From contig JAYNYG010000007.1 of assembly GCA_038102935.1 (NCBI GenBank), positions 39,270-103,269 of the forward strand: 64,000 nucleotides of DNA, in the 5' to 3' direction. The DNA is from Alphaproteobacteria bacterium (GTDB lineage: Bacteria > Pseudomonadota > Alphaproteobacteria > Bin95). A program made the translations under genes and the position numbers. Shown here one piece after another: positions 38,808 through 48,493 of this stretch (positions are counted from its first letter, which is position 1; each line of letters starts with the position of its first letter). Below the pieces are notes generated by a model that saw only the letters and a program-made list of their open reading frames with translations, was not told the DNA's origin and searched no databases.

Positions 38808-40419
38808 CACTGTAGGCCTCCGCGCCAGCATCCGTCACGAGGCCAGAGGCGATATCAGCTGCAAGCGCCGCCTTGTCGCGTTCCCCTGGCGGATAGAGCC
38901 CGCCGCCGCCGGGCATTTGAAACACCGCCTCGTCGCCGCGTTTCAACTGCGTGCGCGATTTGGGCGCCAATATTTCGCCGTTCAGAAGGTCAATCCCGCA
39001 GCTCCCCGGCGCGCCGCCGAGTTGGCCACGGGCTGGGTAATGCACCCGTTCATGGCGGATCGTCATAGTGATCGGCGTATCGGATAGCGAGCGAAACCCG
39101 ATCCGCTGCGCATTGCCGCCCCTATACCGCCCGGCGCCGCCGGTATCCGGCACGAAGGCTTTTTCGGTCACCAGCATCGGCGTTTGGGTTTCGAACACCT
39201 CGACCGGTTCATTCGAGACATTGCTTGGGAAACTCAGGCACCCCGGCCCGTCGCCGACACTGCGCGCGCCATGGCCGCCGTTCATGAAGAACATCTTCAC
39301 AAACGTCTCACCGTCACCCCGCGCGCCGCTGAAATAAACGTTCCAGAGCGGCGACCCGGACTCTGCGACCGCTTTCTCCGGCACGGCTTTCGCCAGCGCG
39401 CCCAAGACGACCGGCGGCACGTAATGTCCGGACAAATGCCGCCCCCATACCGGCGATGGTACGGTGGCGTTCAGCAATGAGCCCTCCGGCGCCCGCACCA
39501 TGATCGGGCGGAGGGACCCGGCGTTATTCGGCGCCTCAGGGTCAAGCACACATTTGACGGCATAGCGCGCATAGGCTTGCGTATAGTTCAGAACACAATT
39601 GACGGGATGCGGGATCTGATCTGACGTCCCGGAGAAGTCCAGCGTCATCTCATCATCCGACACCGTCACCGTGCAGGCGATGGTGAGCGGCTTATCGAAC
39701 CCATCGGTTTGGAAGTCATCGCGCCAGGAGCCATCCGGCATCGCGCGGATAGCGCGGCGCATGCTGGCCTCAGAGCGGGCGATGATTTCGTCTGCGACGT
39801 TCTCCAAATCGTCCAAGCCTTCGTCATTGAGCAGGCCCGTCAACTTCGTTGTGCAATCGCGATATGCAGCAAACTGAGCGCGGATATCGCCCAAAGTTTC
39901 ACTAGACATACGCAAATTCTCTTTCAGGAAATCAATGACGGTTTCGTTCTCAACCCCGCCCTGAACGATCTTGCAGATCGGGATGGTCAGCCCTTCCTCA
40001 AACCTGTCCCGCGCCGTTGGCGATGGCGCCCCGCCGATATCCACCGTATGGGCCGTACTGGCGGCGAAAGCGATCAAGCGGCCATCCTGAAAAATCGGAT
40101 GCGCCATGGAGATATCGTTCAGGTGGCCGGTGCCGATCCATGGATCATTCGTGATGATCACATCCCCCGGATTGAGCGTTTCTGGCGGAAATTTCTCCAG
40201 GATCGCGTCTAGCGTCAGCGGCAGCGTGCCCGTGAAGCTTGGGATACTGCGTTTGGACTGCGCGATCAGCCGTCCCTGCCCATCAAACAGGCTGAACGCC
40301 ATGTCGTAATTATCACGCACGACGACAGAGAATGCGGCGCGGAGAAACGTTTCCGCCACCTGATCAACTAGGCCTTCAATGCGCCGCCAGATCAAGCCGA
40401 TGCGGACAGGATCCATCAT
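38797..40419 (-). CDS. Hydantoinase B / oxoprolinase-family HyuB-type subunit
   Basis: MMDPVRIGLIWRRIEGLVDQVAETFLRAAFSVVVRDNYDMAF is the conserved HyuB N-terminus. The TTG-extended ORF starting at 40596 was rejected. The start ATG overlaps the upstream aminotransferase stop (ATGA). Confidence 0.85.
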   Translation of the reverse strand: MMDPVRIGLIWRRIEGLVDQVAETFLRAAFSVVVRDNYDMAFSLFDGQGRLIAQSKRSIPSFTGTLPLTLDAILEKFPPETLNPGDVIITNDPWIGTGHLNDISMAHPIFQDGRLIAFAASTAHTVDIGGAPSPTARDRFEEGLTIPICKIVQGGVENETVIDFLKENLRMSSETLGDIRAQFAAYRDCTTKLTGLLNDEGLDDLENVADEIIARSEASMRRAIRAMPDGSWRDDFQTDGFDKPLTIACTVTVSDDEMTLDFSGTSDQIPHPVNCVLNYTQAYARYAVKCVLDPEAPNNAGSLRPIMVRAPEGSLLNATVPSPVWGRHLSGHYVPPVVLGALAKAVPEKAVAESGSPLWNVYFSGARGDGETFVKMFFMNGGHGARSVGDGPGCLSFPSNVSNEPVEVFETQTPMLVTEKAFVPDTGGAGRYRGGNAQRIGFRSLSDTPITMTIRHERVHYPARGQLGGAPGSCGIDLLNGEILAPKSRTQLKRGDEAVFQMPGGGGLYPPGERDKAALAADIASGLVTDAGAEAYSDGD

Positions 40420-41354
40420 GCGCTTGCTCCCGCCTTGTAGACCGGCGTCAACCAATGCCGGTATGCGGGCGCCCGGCCACGCACCACGGCGTCGTAGTGA
40501 TCCTGCAGCTTGCGTGTGGCGGGGCCAGGCGCGCCATCGCCGACAGGTTTTCGCTCGAAGCTCAGGATCGGCACGAGCTCCTGACCGGTGCCGCAATAAA
40601 ACGCTTCCTCGGCCAAATATAGCTCCGTCCGTCCAATATCGCGTTCAATCACTTCCACTCCAACATCGCCCGCGATCTCGATCAACGTGCGACGGGTGAC
40701 GCTTTCCAGAATGCCGGCGGTGACTGGCGGTGTGATAAATTGGCCGTCGCGCATCAGAAACACGCATCCACCCGGCCCTTCGCTAACGGTGCCGTCGCGG
40801 TTCAGGATGACCGCAGCATCGTAGCCGTTCCGCTTCGCCTCCAGACCGGCAAGGCGGCTGTTCAAATAATTGGCGGAGGCTTTGATGCGCGGCGGGCTCG
40901 CATCATCTTCGTTTCGCCGCCAGGAACTGACGCCGAAATGCCGCCCCTCGTGATAGGCTGCGACGCGGCCACGCGCCCGGCAGATGATGGAATATCCAGC
41001 CGGTCCGGTCGCCGCCATAGCACCCCATTCATCCACATAGGTCTGCATACGGACATAGATATCCTGGCGAAAATCGCAGGCTCTTGCGAGCGCCAGCATC
41101 TCCTCTGTCAGTTTCGCCGCATCCGGGCAGCCTTCGATTTCGATCACGGCATTGGAGAATGCGAGGCGATCCATATGCTCTGGCGCGCGGAAAACGAACA
41201 GCTCCTGCTCATTTTCATTCCAGTAGGCGCGGAGGCCTTCAAAGGCCAATACGGCGAAGGTCAGCCCCGGCGCCATGATCGATATTTTGGCCTCGCCAAA
41301 CGGCACAATCTGGCCATTCATGTTGGCCAAAGGCGGGTGACCGTGGTCGCTCAT
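40416..41354 (-). CDS. PLP fold-type IV aminotransferase (branched-chain / D-amino-acid aminotransferase family)
   Basis: About 312 aa with the class-IV pattern (..FGEAKISIMAPGLTFA.., ..AAVILNRDGTVSEGPGGCVF.., EAFYCGTG). First gene of the operon. Confidence 0.8.
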   Translation of the reverse strand: MSDHGHPPLANMNGQIVPFGEAKISIMAPGLTFAVLAFEGLRAYWNENEQELFVFRAPEHMDRLAFSNAVIEIEGCPDAAKLTEEMLALARACDFRQDIYVRMQTYVDEWGAMAATGPAGYSIICRARGRVAAYHEGRHFGVSSWRRNEDDASPPRIKASANYLNSRLAGLEAKRNGYDAAVILNRDGTVSEGPGGCVFLMRDGQFITPPVTAGILESVTRRTLIEIAGDVGVEVIERDIGRTELYLAEEAFYCGTGQELVPILSFERKPVGDGAPGPATRKLQDHYDAVVRGRAPAYRHWLTPVYKAGASA

Positions 41355-41502
41355 AGCAATGCCTCGTGTGTTCTCTCTGTTCAGGAACACATGGTGCGAG
41401 CCAGCGCCTTAGCGGTCAATGCGAGGAAACACATTCCAGTTCGCCCTCGGCTGGCCTTAGACTGTGCGGCGCCAGTCAAATCGATCCAGAGGATCAGCAG
41501 CA

Positions 41503-42813
41503 ATGTCGACGCTTAGCGAAACTATGGAATGGCTATGTGCCGCCGATCCGATCCGTGCGCCAGGCGTCGAAGCGCAGGCGCGGCGGCTCTTGCTTGACAC
41601 AATCGGCTGCATGATCGCGGGATTAGCGAAGCCAGAACCTTTGGCCTTGGCGCAATCCCTCGCTGCAATGGACCCGGGCGCGGTGCGCCTGCCCGGTTCA
41701 CCCTCCCCTCTAACAACATTGAGCGCCGCCTATGTTTCGGGCATTGCCGCATGCTGGGACGAAGCCTGCGAAGGGTTGGCGCGCGCCCATGGCCGGCCCG
41801 GATTGCATGCGTTCGCGGCAACGCTGCCGCTCGCGATCAATGGCAAGCGAACGCTTGGAGAGACATTGGCGGCGCTGACCATTGGCTTTGAGTTGGCGGG
41901 CCGCATGGGGGAGCGGCTGCGCATTCGCCCTGGCATGCATGTCGACGGCATATGGGGCACATTCGGCGCTGCCGCAGCCGCCGCGCGATTGTTCGGCCTC
42001 TCCGCTGCCGAAACATTGGCCGCCGCTGAAGCGGTCGCGACGCATCTGCCGTTCAGCCTGTATCTCCCGGTCGCGAAGGGCGCCACGATTCGTAACGCCT
42101 ATGTCGGCGAGGCTGCGATGCGCGGGATTTCGGCGGCGCTGGCGGTAAAAGCAGGCGTCACAGCGCCAGCAGGCGGGGCGGACCAATATCAAGACCTGGC
42201 TCTCGGCGGCGGCGCAACAGCGTTCGCAGCGCCACCCGGCGAATGGCTGATCCTCCAAGGATATTTGAAGCCCTTCGCCGCAGTCCGCCATGTGCATTAT
42301 GGCGCGCAGGCGGCGCTCGGTTGGCGGCGCGCGCATCCCGACATTTCGGTTTCGGCCATTACGGCGCTCAAGCTCTCCGTCTATGAGGAAGCGATCACTT
42401 ATTGCGGCAATCGGGCGCCGCAGACTGCGATCCAAGCGCAATTCAGCCTAAGTTACGGTTTGGCTGCAGCCCTCGTTCAAGGTGATCTCGGGCCAGAGGC
42501 ATATACCGCTGCAGCCCTGACTGACCCCAAAACGCTTCGTTTGGAACGAATGTTGGAAATAACCCCGGACATAGCCGCAAGCGCCGATGGACTAAGGCAG
42601 GCTGCGCTTTCTATCGAAACCGCTGACGGCGTATCCACCCATGCCGTGACATCTGTTGCAGGCGATCAAGACCAACCGTTGACCAATGCAGACGTCGCCG
42701 CAAAATTTCAGCGCTATGCCGGACCAGTGGTCGGCGACGCCTCTGCAGACAGGATATCGTCAGCAGTGCTTGAAGGACCGCTGGACAGTATTTTGGCTGA
42801 GATATTGAGCTAA
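41503..42813 (+). CDS. MmgE/PrpD-family protein (2-methylcitrate dehydratase / cis-aconitate decarboxylase superfamily)
   Basis: About 436 aa with the two-domain MmgE/PrpD pattern. Divergent from the hydantoinase operon. The ATG at 41503 was preferred over the GTG at 41464. Confidence 0.8.
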   Translation: MSTLSETMEWLCAADPIRAPGVEAQARRLLLDTIGCMIAGLAKPEPLALAQSLAAMDPGAVRLPGSPSPLTTLSAAYVSGIAACWDEACEGLARAHGRPGLHAFAATLPLAINGKRTLGETLAALTIGFELAGRMGERLRIRPGMHVDGIWGTFGAAAAAARLFGLSAAETLAAAEAVATHLPFSLYLPVAKGATIRNAYVGEAAMRGISAALAVKAGVTAPAGGADQYQDLALGGGATAFAAPPGEWLILQGYLKPFAAVRHVHYGAQAALGWRRAHPDISVSAITALKLSVYEEAITYCGNRAPQTAIQAQFSLSYGLAAALVQGDLGPEAYTAAALTDPKTLRLERMLEITPDIAASADGLRQAALSIETADGVSTHAVTSVAGDQDQPLTNADVAAKFQRYAGPVVGDASADRISSAVLEGPLDSILAEILS

Positions 42814-42832
42814 CTGTCCAGGCTCGGCCAGT

Positions 42833-43537
42833 TCACGCCAAGACCTCTGCCAACTCAGCAAAGTCTCTGACGATGAGGTCCGGCTGTTCCGGCCAATCGC
42901 CGAATGGGCGTTTGCGGCGGTCAATGAACGCGGTGCGCATGCCGAAGGACTTGGCGCCAACGCAATCGAACGCGTGGTTCGCAACGAACAGGATGCTGCT
43001 GCGGTCGATATCCAGCAGTTCCGCCGCCTTCGCATAGGTCTGCCAATGGGGTTTGAAATAGCCCGCGTCTTCGACGGACATCACTTTGTCGAACGGGAAG
43101 CCAATATGCGGTTTCGCAGCCTCCAGCATATCCCGGTCGCCATTGGATAGGATCGCGAGCTTGTAGCGCTCATGCAGCTTGGCCAGCGCCTCCAGCACAT
43201 CCGGGAACGGTTTCAGGCGCTCGATTTCGCTGACGAGCCATTCGACCTCGGCCTGCGTGTAGTCTATCTCCGCCCGGTCCATGACATGGCTGACGGCCCG
43301 GTGGCCGATCTGGCGATAGGGCGTGTGGCCCCGGTCGCAGAGCGCATCGATCATCGAATTTTCGAAATGGGTGCGCCGCCACCATGTCACGAAGCTGTTG
43401 GGTTTGCCCTGCCAGCCCTTCTTTTCCAGAAACGGCGTCGCGATTTCCACCAGCCCGCCCTGCATATCGACAACGGTGCCGTATTGGTCAAAAACGAGCG
43501 CCTTCACTTCACGGCGCAGAATGGCTGGATCAGTCGC
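42833..43537 (-). CDS. Haloacid dehalogenase type II (HAD superfamily, L-2-haloacid dehalogenase-like)
   Basis: Nucleophile motif VFDQYGTVVD, and FPDVLEAL...GDRDML HAD motifs. Confidence 0.75.
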   Translation of the reverse strand, partial: ATDPAILRREVKALVFDQYGTVVDMQGGLVEIATPFLEKKGWQGKPNSFVTWWRRTHFENSMIDALCDRGHTPYRQIGHRAVSHVMDRAEIDYTQAEVEWLVSEIERLKPFPDVLEALAKLHERYKLAILSNGDRDMLEAAKPHIGFPFDKVMSVEDAGYFKPHWQTYAKAAELLDIDRSSILFVANHAFDCVGAKSFGMRTAFIDRRKRPFGDWPEQPDLIVRDFAELAEVLA

Positions 43538-43541
43538 CATG

Positions 43542-44399
43542 TTACGCGATGAACTCAAGGTTCAGTCCGCGCGCGTCCGCCGGCGTTACGCGAAGGACAT
43601 CGCCAACTTTCTCAGCTTCAATCCCAGCGGATTGCAGATAGGCCGCCGTCGCATCCAGATCATCAACGCCGATGGTCAGCACGTGCCAGATCGGCCGTTC
43701 TGACGCCGGATGGGTCGAAAGGCCAGGATGAGCCGCGCCAACGCCGGCGTCTGTCGCAAGGCGAATGAATCCGCGCCCGCTATCGATCTCAACGCCATAG
43801 CTGGTCTCCGTAATGGATTCCTTGCCGAACAACTTCGATAGCGCCTGCGCCGTCGCCATTGGGTCAGCGGCGATGCCGGTGATGCCGGCAAAACGGTTCG
43901 CGCCATTTTTATGGCTCAGCAGCCGCGCATTCCGCATCAGTTCCGGCGTTTTATGGCCGCACATAAAAATGGGCATGCCGCCAAGATCATCTGGCTCAAG
44001 GAAAAGGTTGCGGAACTTGACCATGCCTTCCGGTTCTTTGGAAGGCCGCGCCAGGTCGTTGGGGCCATCAGTGCGGACGCCAAGCGCCTCAACTTGCGCC
44101 TTCACCGCATCTGCATCAGGCGTGCCAAGCGCCAAGCGATGCAGGCCTTCGCCCCGGTCCGCCAAGTTCTTCAGTAGGCCGCCATCCGGGTTATCTGGCT
44201 CGTTGACCCCGAGCAATTCCAAATAGGTTTCCGGGAACATCAAGCAGTGATTGGCGGACGCCCGGTTCTGGTGATTGCCAAGCGGCGCACAGGTAAACCC
44301 AAGCTTCTCATAATCCAGCCGAGAGCCTTTAAGGTCATTCACGGCGATGATGCAATGGTCGAGGCCAAGGACGGGATTCATGGACAAATGCTCCTTCAA
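43542..44399 (-). CDS. Two-module VOC (glyoxalase/bleomycin-resistance/dioxygenase) superfamily protein
   Basis: LGLDHCIIAVNDLKGSRLDYEKLGF and a second beta-alpha-beta-beta-beta module. Confidence 0.65.
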   Translation of the reverse strand: MKEHLSMNPVLGLDHCIIAVNDLKGSRLDYEKLGFTCAPLGNHQNRASANHCLMFPETYLELLGVNEPDNPDGGLLKNLADRGEGLHRLALGTPDADAVKAQVEALGVRTDGPNDLARPSKEPEGMVKFRNLFLEPDDLGGMPIFMCGHKTPELMRNARLLSHKNGANRFAGITGIAADPMATAQALSKLFGKESITETSYGVEIDSGRGFIRLATDAGVGAAHPGLSTHPASERPIWHVLTIGVDDLDATAAYLQSAGIEAEKVGDVLRVTPADARGLNLEFIA

Positions 44400-46699
44400 G
44401 CGGGCTTCTGGTGGACGGTGACTTCTGGCAAGTCGCCATCATAGCGTTCGACTTCAACCAGGGCTGAATGGGCGGATGGGCCTTGGCCGAGTTTTGAGGT
44501 GCCCTCGTCGCGGGTGAGGACGTTGGGGTTGCCGTGTTTTTCGAGTGCGGCGCCAGGGGATTTACGGTCCAGCGGGTCAAACCATGCGCCGGTTGGGAAT
44601 TGGATGACGCCCGGCATGACAACGTCTGAGACGATGATGCCCGCCAGCGTTTGGCCCCGGTCATTGAAGACGCGGGCGATGTCGCCGTCTTTCAGATCAC
44701 GCGCTGTAGCGTCTTCCGGATTGATCCACATGGGCTCCCGGCCTTTGATTTTGGAACGGCGACTGGCGCCGCCCGCATCCATCTGGCTGTGCAGGCGGGT
44801 CTTCGGCTGGTTGGAGAGCATGTGCAGCGGGAACTTGGACGCCGCTGCCGCACCTAAATATTCCTTCGGTTCCCGCCATGCGGCGAAGCCTGGGCAGTCC
44901 TCATACCCAAAACCTGCGACGCGTTCGGAGAAGATTTCGATTTTTCCGGATGGCGTGTTGAGCGAGCGTTCTTCGGGGTCGGCCCTGTAATCGGCCAGCA
45001 TCACATAGGGTTCGGATGGTTTCGGCACTTTGAAGTGGCCGGTTTCCCAGAATTGGTCAAAGCTCGGCATTTCAACGCCTTTGCGGGACGCAAGTTGGCG
45101 GGAGACATTATAGATATGCTCCAGCCATTCCCGCTCCGTCCGGCCCTCCGTAAACGCCTCTTTGAAGCCCATGCGGTCGGACAAATCCGTAAAAATGTCA
45201 TGATCTGACTGGGACTGCGCCACCGGCTCCGCCGCTTTATGCATGGCGATGATATAGGGGTCGCGGCCGCCGGAGCCGATGTCATTGCGTTCAAGCGTCG
45301 TGGTGGCAGGCAGCGCGATATCGGCGTGGCGGGCTGTCGCCGTCCACCAGATATCCTGGACGATCACTGTGTCCGGCCTACGCCAGGCTTCCACCAGCCG
45401 GTTGAGGTCCTGGTGGTGATGGAACGGGTTGCCGCCACACCAGTAAATCAGCTTCGTGTCGGGATATGTCCGTTCTTCGCCGTTGAAGTCATAAGCCTCG
45501 CCCGGATGCAGCAGCATGTCCGCGATGCGCGCCACAGGAATCCAGCTATCGGAGCGATTGACGCCCGCAGGCAGCGTTGGCGAGGGGGTGCGTTCGCGCG
45601 GGTTGCCCATGCCGTTGGTGCCGCCCATGCCGAAGCCAAACCCGCCGCCCATCTGACCGATTTGGCCGATCATGGCGGCCAAGCTGATCACGCCCCAGAA
45701 CGGCAGCTCGCCATAGTCAGCGCGCTGAATGCCCCAGGCCATGTTGATGTAGCTACGCGTCTCAACCAGCGCCAAGGCGATTTCACGGATCGTTTCCGCT
45801 GGAATGCCAGTGATCGCGGACGCCCATTCAGGCGTTTTCGGTTGGCCGTCATCCTCGCCCATCACATGGGAGAGATAGCGGTCATAGCCGCTGCAATATT
45901 TGTCGAGGAACGCCATATCCGCTTTGCCCGCGCTGGCGATCACATGGGCCATGCCTAAAAGCATTGCTGAATCGGTGCCGGGTCGGATCGGCACCCATTC
46001 AGCACTTGGCACGCCTTCCAGGTCTTCGCGCACGGGGGATACGTTGATGAAGCGAATGCCCTTGGCTTCCGCGCGCTTCAGAAAGTCAGCGAGTGTGTGC
46101 GCCCCGCCGCCGCCTGAATCCACTTGCGCGTTCTTCAGCGGTACGCCGCCAAAACACAGCACAATTTTACCTTCCTTGAGCAGCCCATCCCAATCGCTGA
46201 TCGGCCCTTGGCTGGCTTCAGCAGAACCCAGAATATGCGGCAATACGGCGAGTGCCGCCGCATAGCTGTAATTGTGAAGCTGCCCTGTAAACCCGCCAAA
46301 CAGGTTCATAAACCGCTGCATCTGCGTTTTGGCATGATGGAAACGCCCGGCGGACGACCAGCCATAAGAGCCAGCGAAAATCGCTTCATTGCCATGATCG
46401 GCTTTGACGCGCTTTAGCTCAGCCGCAACCACGTCCATTGCTTGATCCCAGGAAACCGGCACGAACGGTTCTGCGCCCCGGCCTTCTGGATTTGCGCCCG
46501 CGCCGTGCTCTGCCACAGACTTCCGCAAATGCGGTTCGCCGATGCGGGTCGGGCCATAGAGCATCTCCGGAATCGCATCCAGAATTTGAGAGGGATCTTT
46601 ATCATCCTCAAACGGCGTCACGCCGGTAACACGACCATCCTCAACATTTGCTCGGAATGCTCCCCAGTGGGAGCCGTGCATGATTCCATCATCGGGCAT
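44396..46699 (-). CDS. Cytoplasmic molybdopterin-guanine-dinucleotide oxidoreductase of the BisC/TorZ (biotin sulfoxide / TMAO / free Met-sulfoxide reductase) type
   Basis: 767 aa with no Tat signal and no N-terminal Fe-S cysteine motif. N-terminus MHGSHWGAFRANVEDGRVTGVTPFEDDKDP and the DMSO-reductase-family architecture. Confidence 0.8.
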   Translation of the reverse strand: MPDDGIMHGSHWGAFRANVEDGRVTGVTPFEDDKDPSQILDAIPEMLYGPTRIGEPHLRKSVAEHGAGANPEGRGAEPFVPVSWDQAMDVVAAELKRVKADHGNEAIFAGSYGWSSAGRFHHAKTQMQRFMNLFGGFTGQLHNYSYAAALAVLPHILGSAEASQGPISDWDGLLKEGKIVLCFGGVPLKNAQVDSGGGGAHTLADFLKRAEAKGIRFINVSPVREDLEGVPSAEWVPIRPGTDSAMLLGMAHVIASAGKADMAFLDKYCSGYDRYLSHVMGEDDGQPKTPEWASAITGIPAETIREIALALVETRSYINMAWGIQRADYGELPFWGVISLAAMIGQIGQMGGGFGFGMGGTNGMGNPRERTPSPTLPAGVNRSDSWIPVARIADMLLHPGEAYDFNGEERTYPDTKLIYWCGGNPFHHHQDLNRLVEAWRRPDTVIVQDIWWTATARHADIALPATTTLERNDIGSGGRDPYIIAMHKAAEPVAQSQSDHDIFTDLSDRMGFKEAFTEGRTEREWLEHIYNVSRQLASRKGVEMPSFDQFWETGHFKVPKPSEPYVMLADYRADPEERSLNTPSGKIEIFSERVAGFGYEDCPGFAAWREPKEYLGAAAASKFPLHMLSNQPKTRLHSQMDAGGASRRSKIKGREPMWINPEDATARDLKDGDIARVFNDRGQTLAGIIVSDVVMPGVIQFPTGAWFDPLDRKSPGAALEKHGNPNVLTRDEGTSKLGQGPSAHSALVEVERYDGDLPEVTVHQKPA

Positions 46700-46768
46700 G
46701 GGGCGCTCTTTTCATCTGATCTAATGCCTGCTCCAATCATAACCAGGAAATTGAGGGAGGGCGACAGG

Positions 46769-47662
46769 ATGGCCGCAGTCGAAATTTTTGCTCCGCGTAT
46801 GGAGCAAGTGATTGCCAAGGATGCAGCGCTGGAGCAGGTCGCGACCGGCTTCATTTTCACGGAAGGCCCAATCTGGCACCCAGAAGCCCAGCATCTAACT
46901 TTCAGCGATATGCCGGGCGATATCATGCGGCGCTGGAGTGCTGCCGACGGTATCGAGACATTTCGCCAGCCCTGCAACAAAGCCAATGGCAACGCCTACG
47001 ACCAAGCGGGTCGAATGCTATCCTGCGAACACGCGAGCAGCAGCGTCTCCCGCACCGAAGCCGATGGCGCAATCACAACGCTTGCCAGCCATTGGCAGGG
47101 AAAAGAACTGAACAGCCCGAATGACATTGTCGTCAGCCGGGATGGCTCGATCTGGTTCACGGACCCGACCTATGGGCGAATGGAAGGCTTCGGCGTGCTT
47201 CGCGATCAGGAGCTTGCTTTTCAAGGCGTTTACAGGATTGCGCCGGATGGCGCACTGCATCTACTCGCCGATGATTTTGGCCAACCGAACGGGCTTTGTT
47301 TCAACTTGGACCAGACCCGGCTCTACGTGAATGACACCGATAATGGCCATATCCGCGTCTTCGACGTGAACGCCGATGGCGGCATCTCCGGTGGCAGCGT
47401 ATGGGCCGCGCCCGCAGGCGACGGCCCCGGCGCGCCAGATGGGATGAAGATGGATGCTGCGGGCAATATCTTCTGCACTGGCCCTGGCGGCGTGCATGTT
47501 TTCGCTCCTGATGCGACGCCGCTTGGCCGTATCCTAACGCCTGAAGTCACGGCCAATTTCACCTGGGGCGATGAAGATCTGCGTTCGCTTTACTTCACGG
47601 CCTCAACCAGCCTCTATCGCATCCGCACCAAAACGGCAGGCGTTGATCTGTTCAATCTGTAG
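46769..47662 (+). CDS. SMP-30 / gluconolactonase / LRE-like six-bladed propeller hydrolase
   Basis: FTEGPIWHPE...NSPNDIVVSRDGSIWFTDP...PNGLCF...PDGMKMDAAGNIF. The ATG at 46769 has a GGGAGG ribosome-binding site. Confidence 0.75.
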   Translation: MAAVEIFAPRMEQVIAKDAALEQVATGFIFTEGPIWHPEAQHLTFSDMPGDIMRRWSAADGIETFRQPCNKANGNAYDQAGRMLSCEHASSSVSRTEADGAITTLASHWQGKELNSPNDIVVSRDGSIWFTDPTYGRMEGFGVLRDQELAFQGVYRIAPDGALHLLADDFGQPNGLCFNLDQTRLYVNDTDNGHIRVFDVNADGGISGGSVWAAPAGDGPGAPDGMKMDAAGNIFCTGPGGVHVFAPDATPLGRILTPEVTANFTWGDEDLRSLYFTASTSLYRIRTKTAGVDLFNL

Positions 47663-47673
47663 GACTGCTTTTC

Positions 47674-48483
47674 ATGACATCTGAGACTTTGACCGCATTG
47701 GTCACCGGCGGCGCCGGCGGCATCGCCCGCGCCATGATTGAGGCGCTAATGCAGGACGGCGTTACCTGCGTCGCAGCCGACCGTGATCCAGAAGCGCTCA
47801 AAAAGCTGAAGGCGGACATGCCGGGCGTCCACACGATTCCAGCCGATATGGCGAACAGCGCTCAATGCGCCGCCGCCGTGCAAGCTGCCGTTGATACGAC
47901 CGGGCGGCTTGATATTCTGATCAATAACGCAGGCATTGGCATGAGCAGTCTGCGGATTGATGGCGAAACGCGCCTGCCCGATCTGGATGAGTTGACGGAC
48001 GAGGTTTGGGACAATTTCTTCCGCATCAACGTGCGCGGGCCGCTCGCCATGAGCCGGGCCGCTATGCCGCATCTAAAGCAAAGCCCGCGCGGCCAGATTG
48101 TCATGGTGACGACCAGCTATTTCACCATGCATCGCGTGGCGCCTTACGGCCCAACTAAAGCAGCGCTGGAAAGCATGACGGCGATCTGGGCGAAACAATT
48201 CGCGGCGGATGGCGTTGCTGTGAATGTATTGGTGCCAGGCGGCGCCACGGATACGCCTTTTGTCTCCCCCGCATCAGGCATCCCGCGCGAGAAAATGCTG
48301 AAGCCTGGCGTCATGGGTCCGCCGATCCGCTGGATGGCCAGCCGGGCGCCGAAGGACTTCACCGGCATGCGCATCGCGGGCCAAGACTGGGACACGAACT
48401 TACCGGAAGATGAAGCCGCCGCTAAAGCCGCGCGCCCCGCCGCATGGCCGGAACTGGCGCCGACGCCCGCATGGTCAACCTGA
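47674..48483 (+). CDS. Short-chain dehydrogenase/reductase (SDR)
   Basis: TGGAGGIARA cofactor motif, NNAG, and YGPTK catalytic motif. Confidence 0.8.
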   Translation: MTSETLTALVTGGAGGIARAMIEALMQDGVTCVAADRDPEALKKLKADMPGVHTIPADMANSAQCAAAVQAAVDTTGRLDILINNAGIGMSSLRIDGETRLPDLDELTDEVWDNFFRINVRGPLAMSRAAMPHLKQSPRGQIVMVTTSYFTMHRVAPYGPTKAALESMTAIWAKQFAADGVAVNVLVPGGATDTPFVSPASGIPREKMLKPGVMGPPIRWMASRAPKDFTGMRIAGQDWDTNLPEDEAAAKAARPAAWPELAPTPAWST

Positions 48484-48493
48484 TCAGCGCGTC

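Noticed and set aside
40420-40596. TTG-extended N-terminus of HyuB overlapping the aminotransferase gene by 180 nt.
   Set aside because: The conserved HyuB N-terminus (MMDPVRIGLIW) starts at 40419 with ATGA coupling to the upstream gene.
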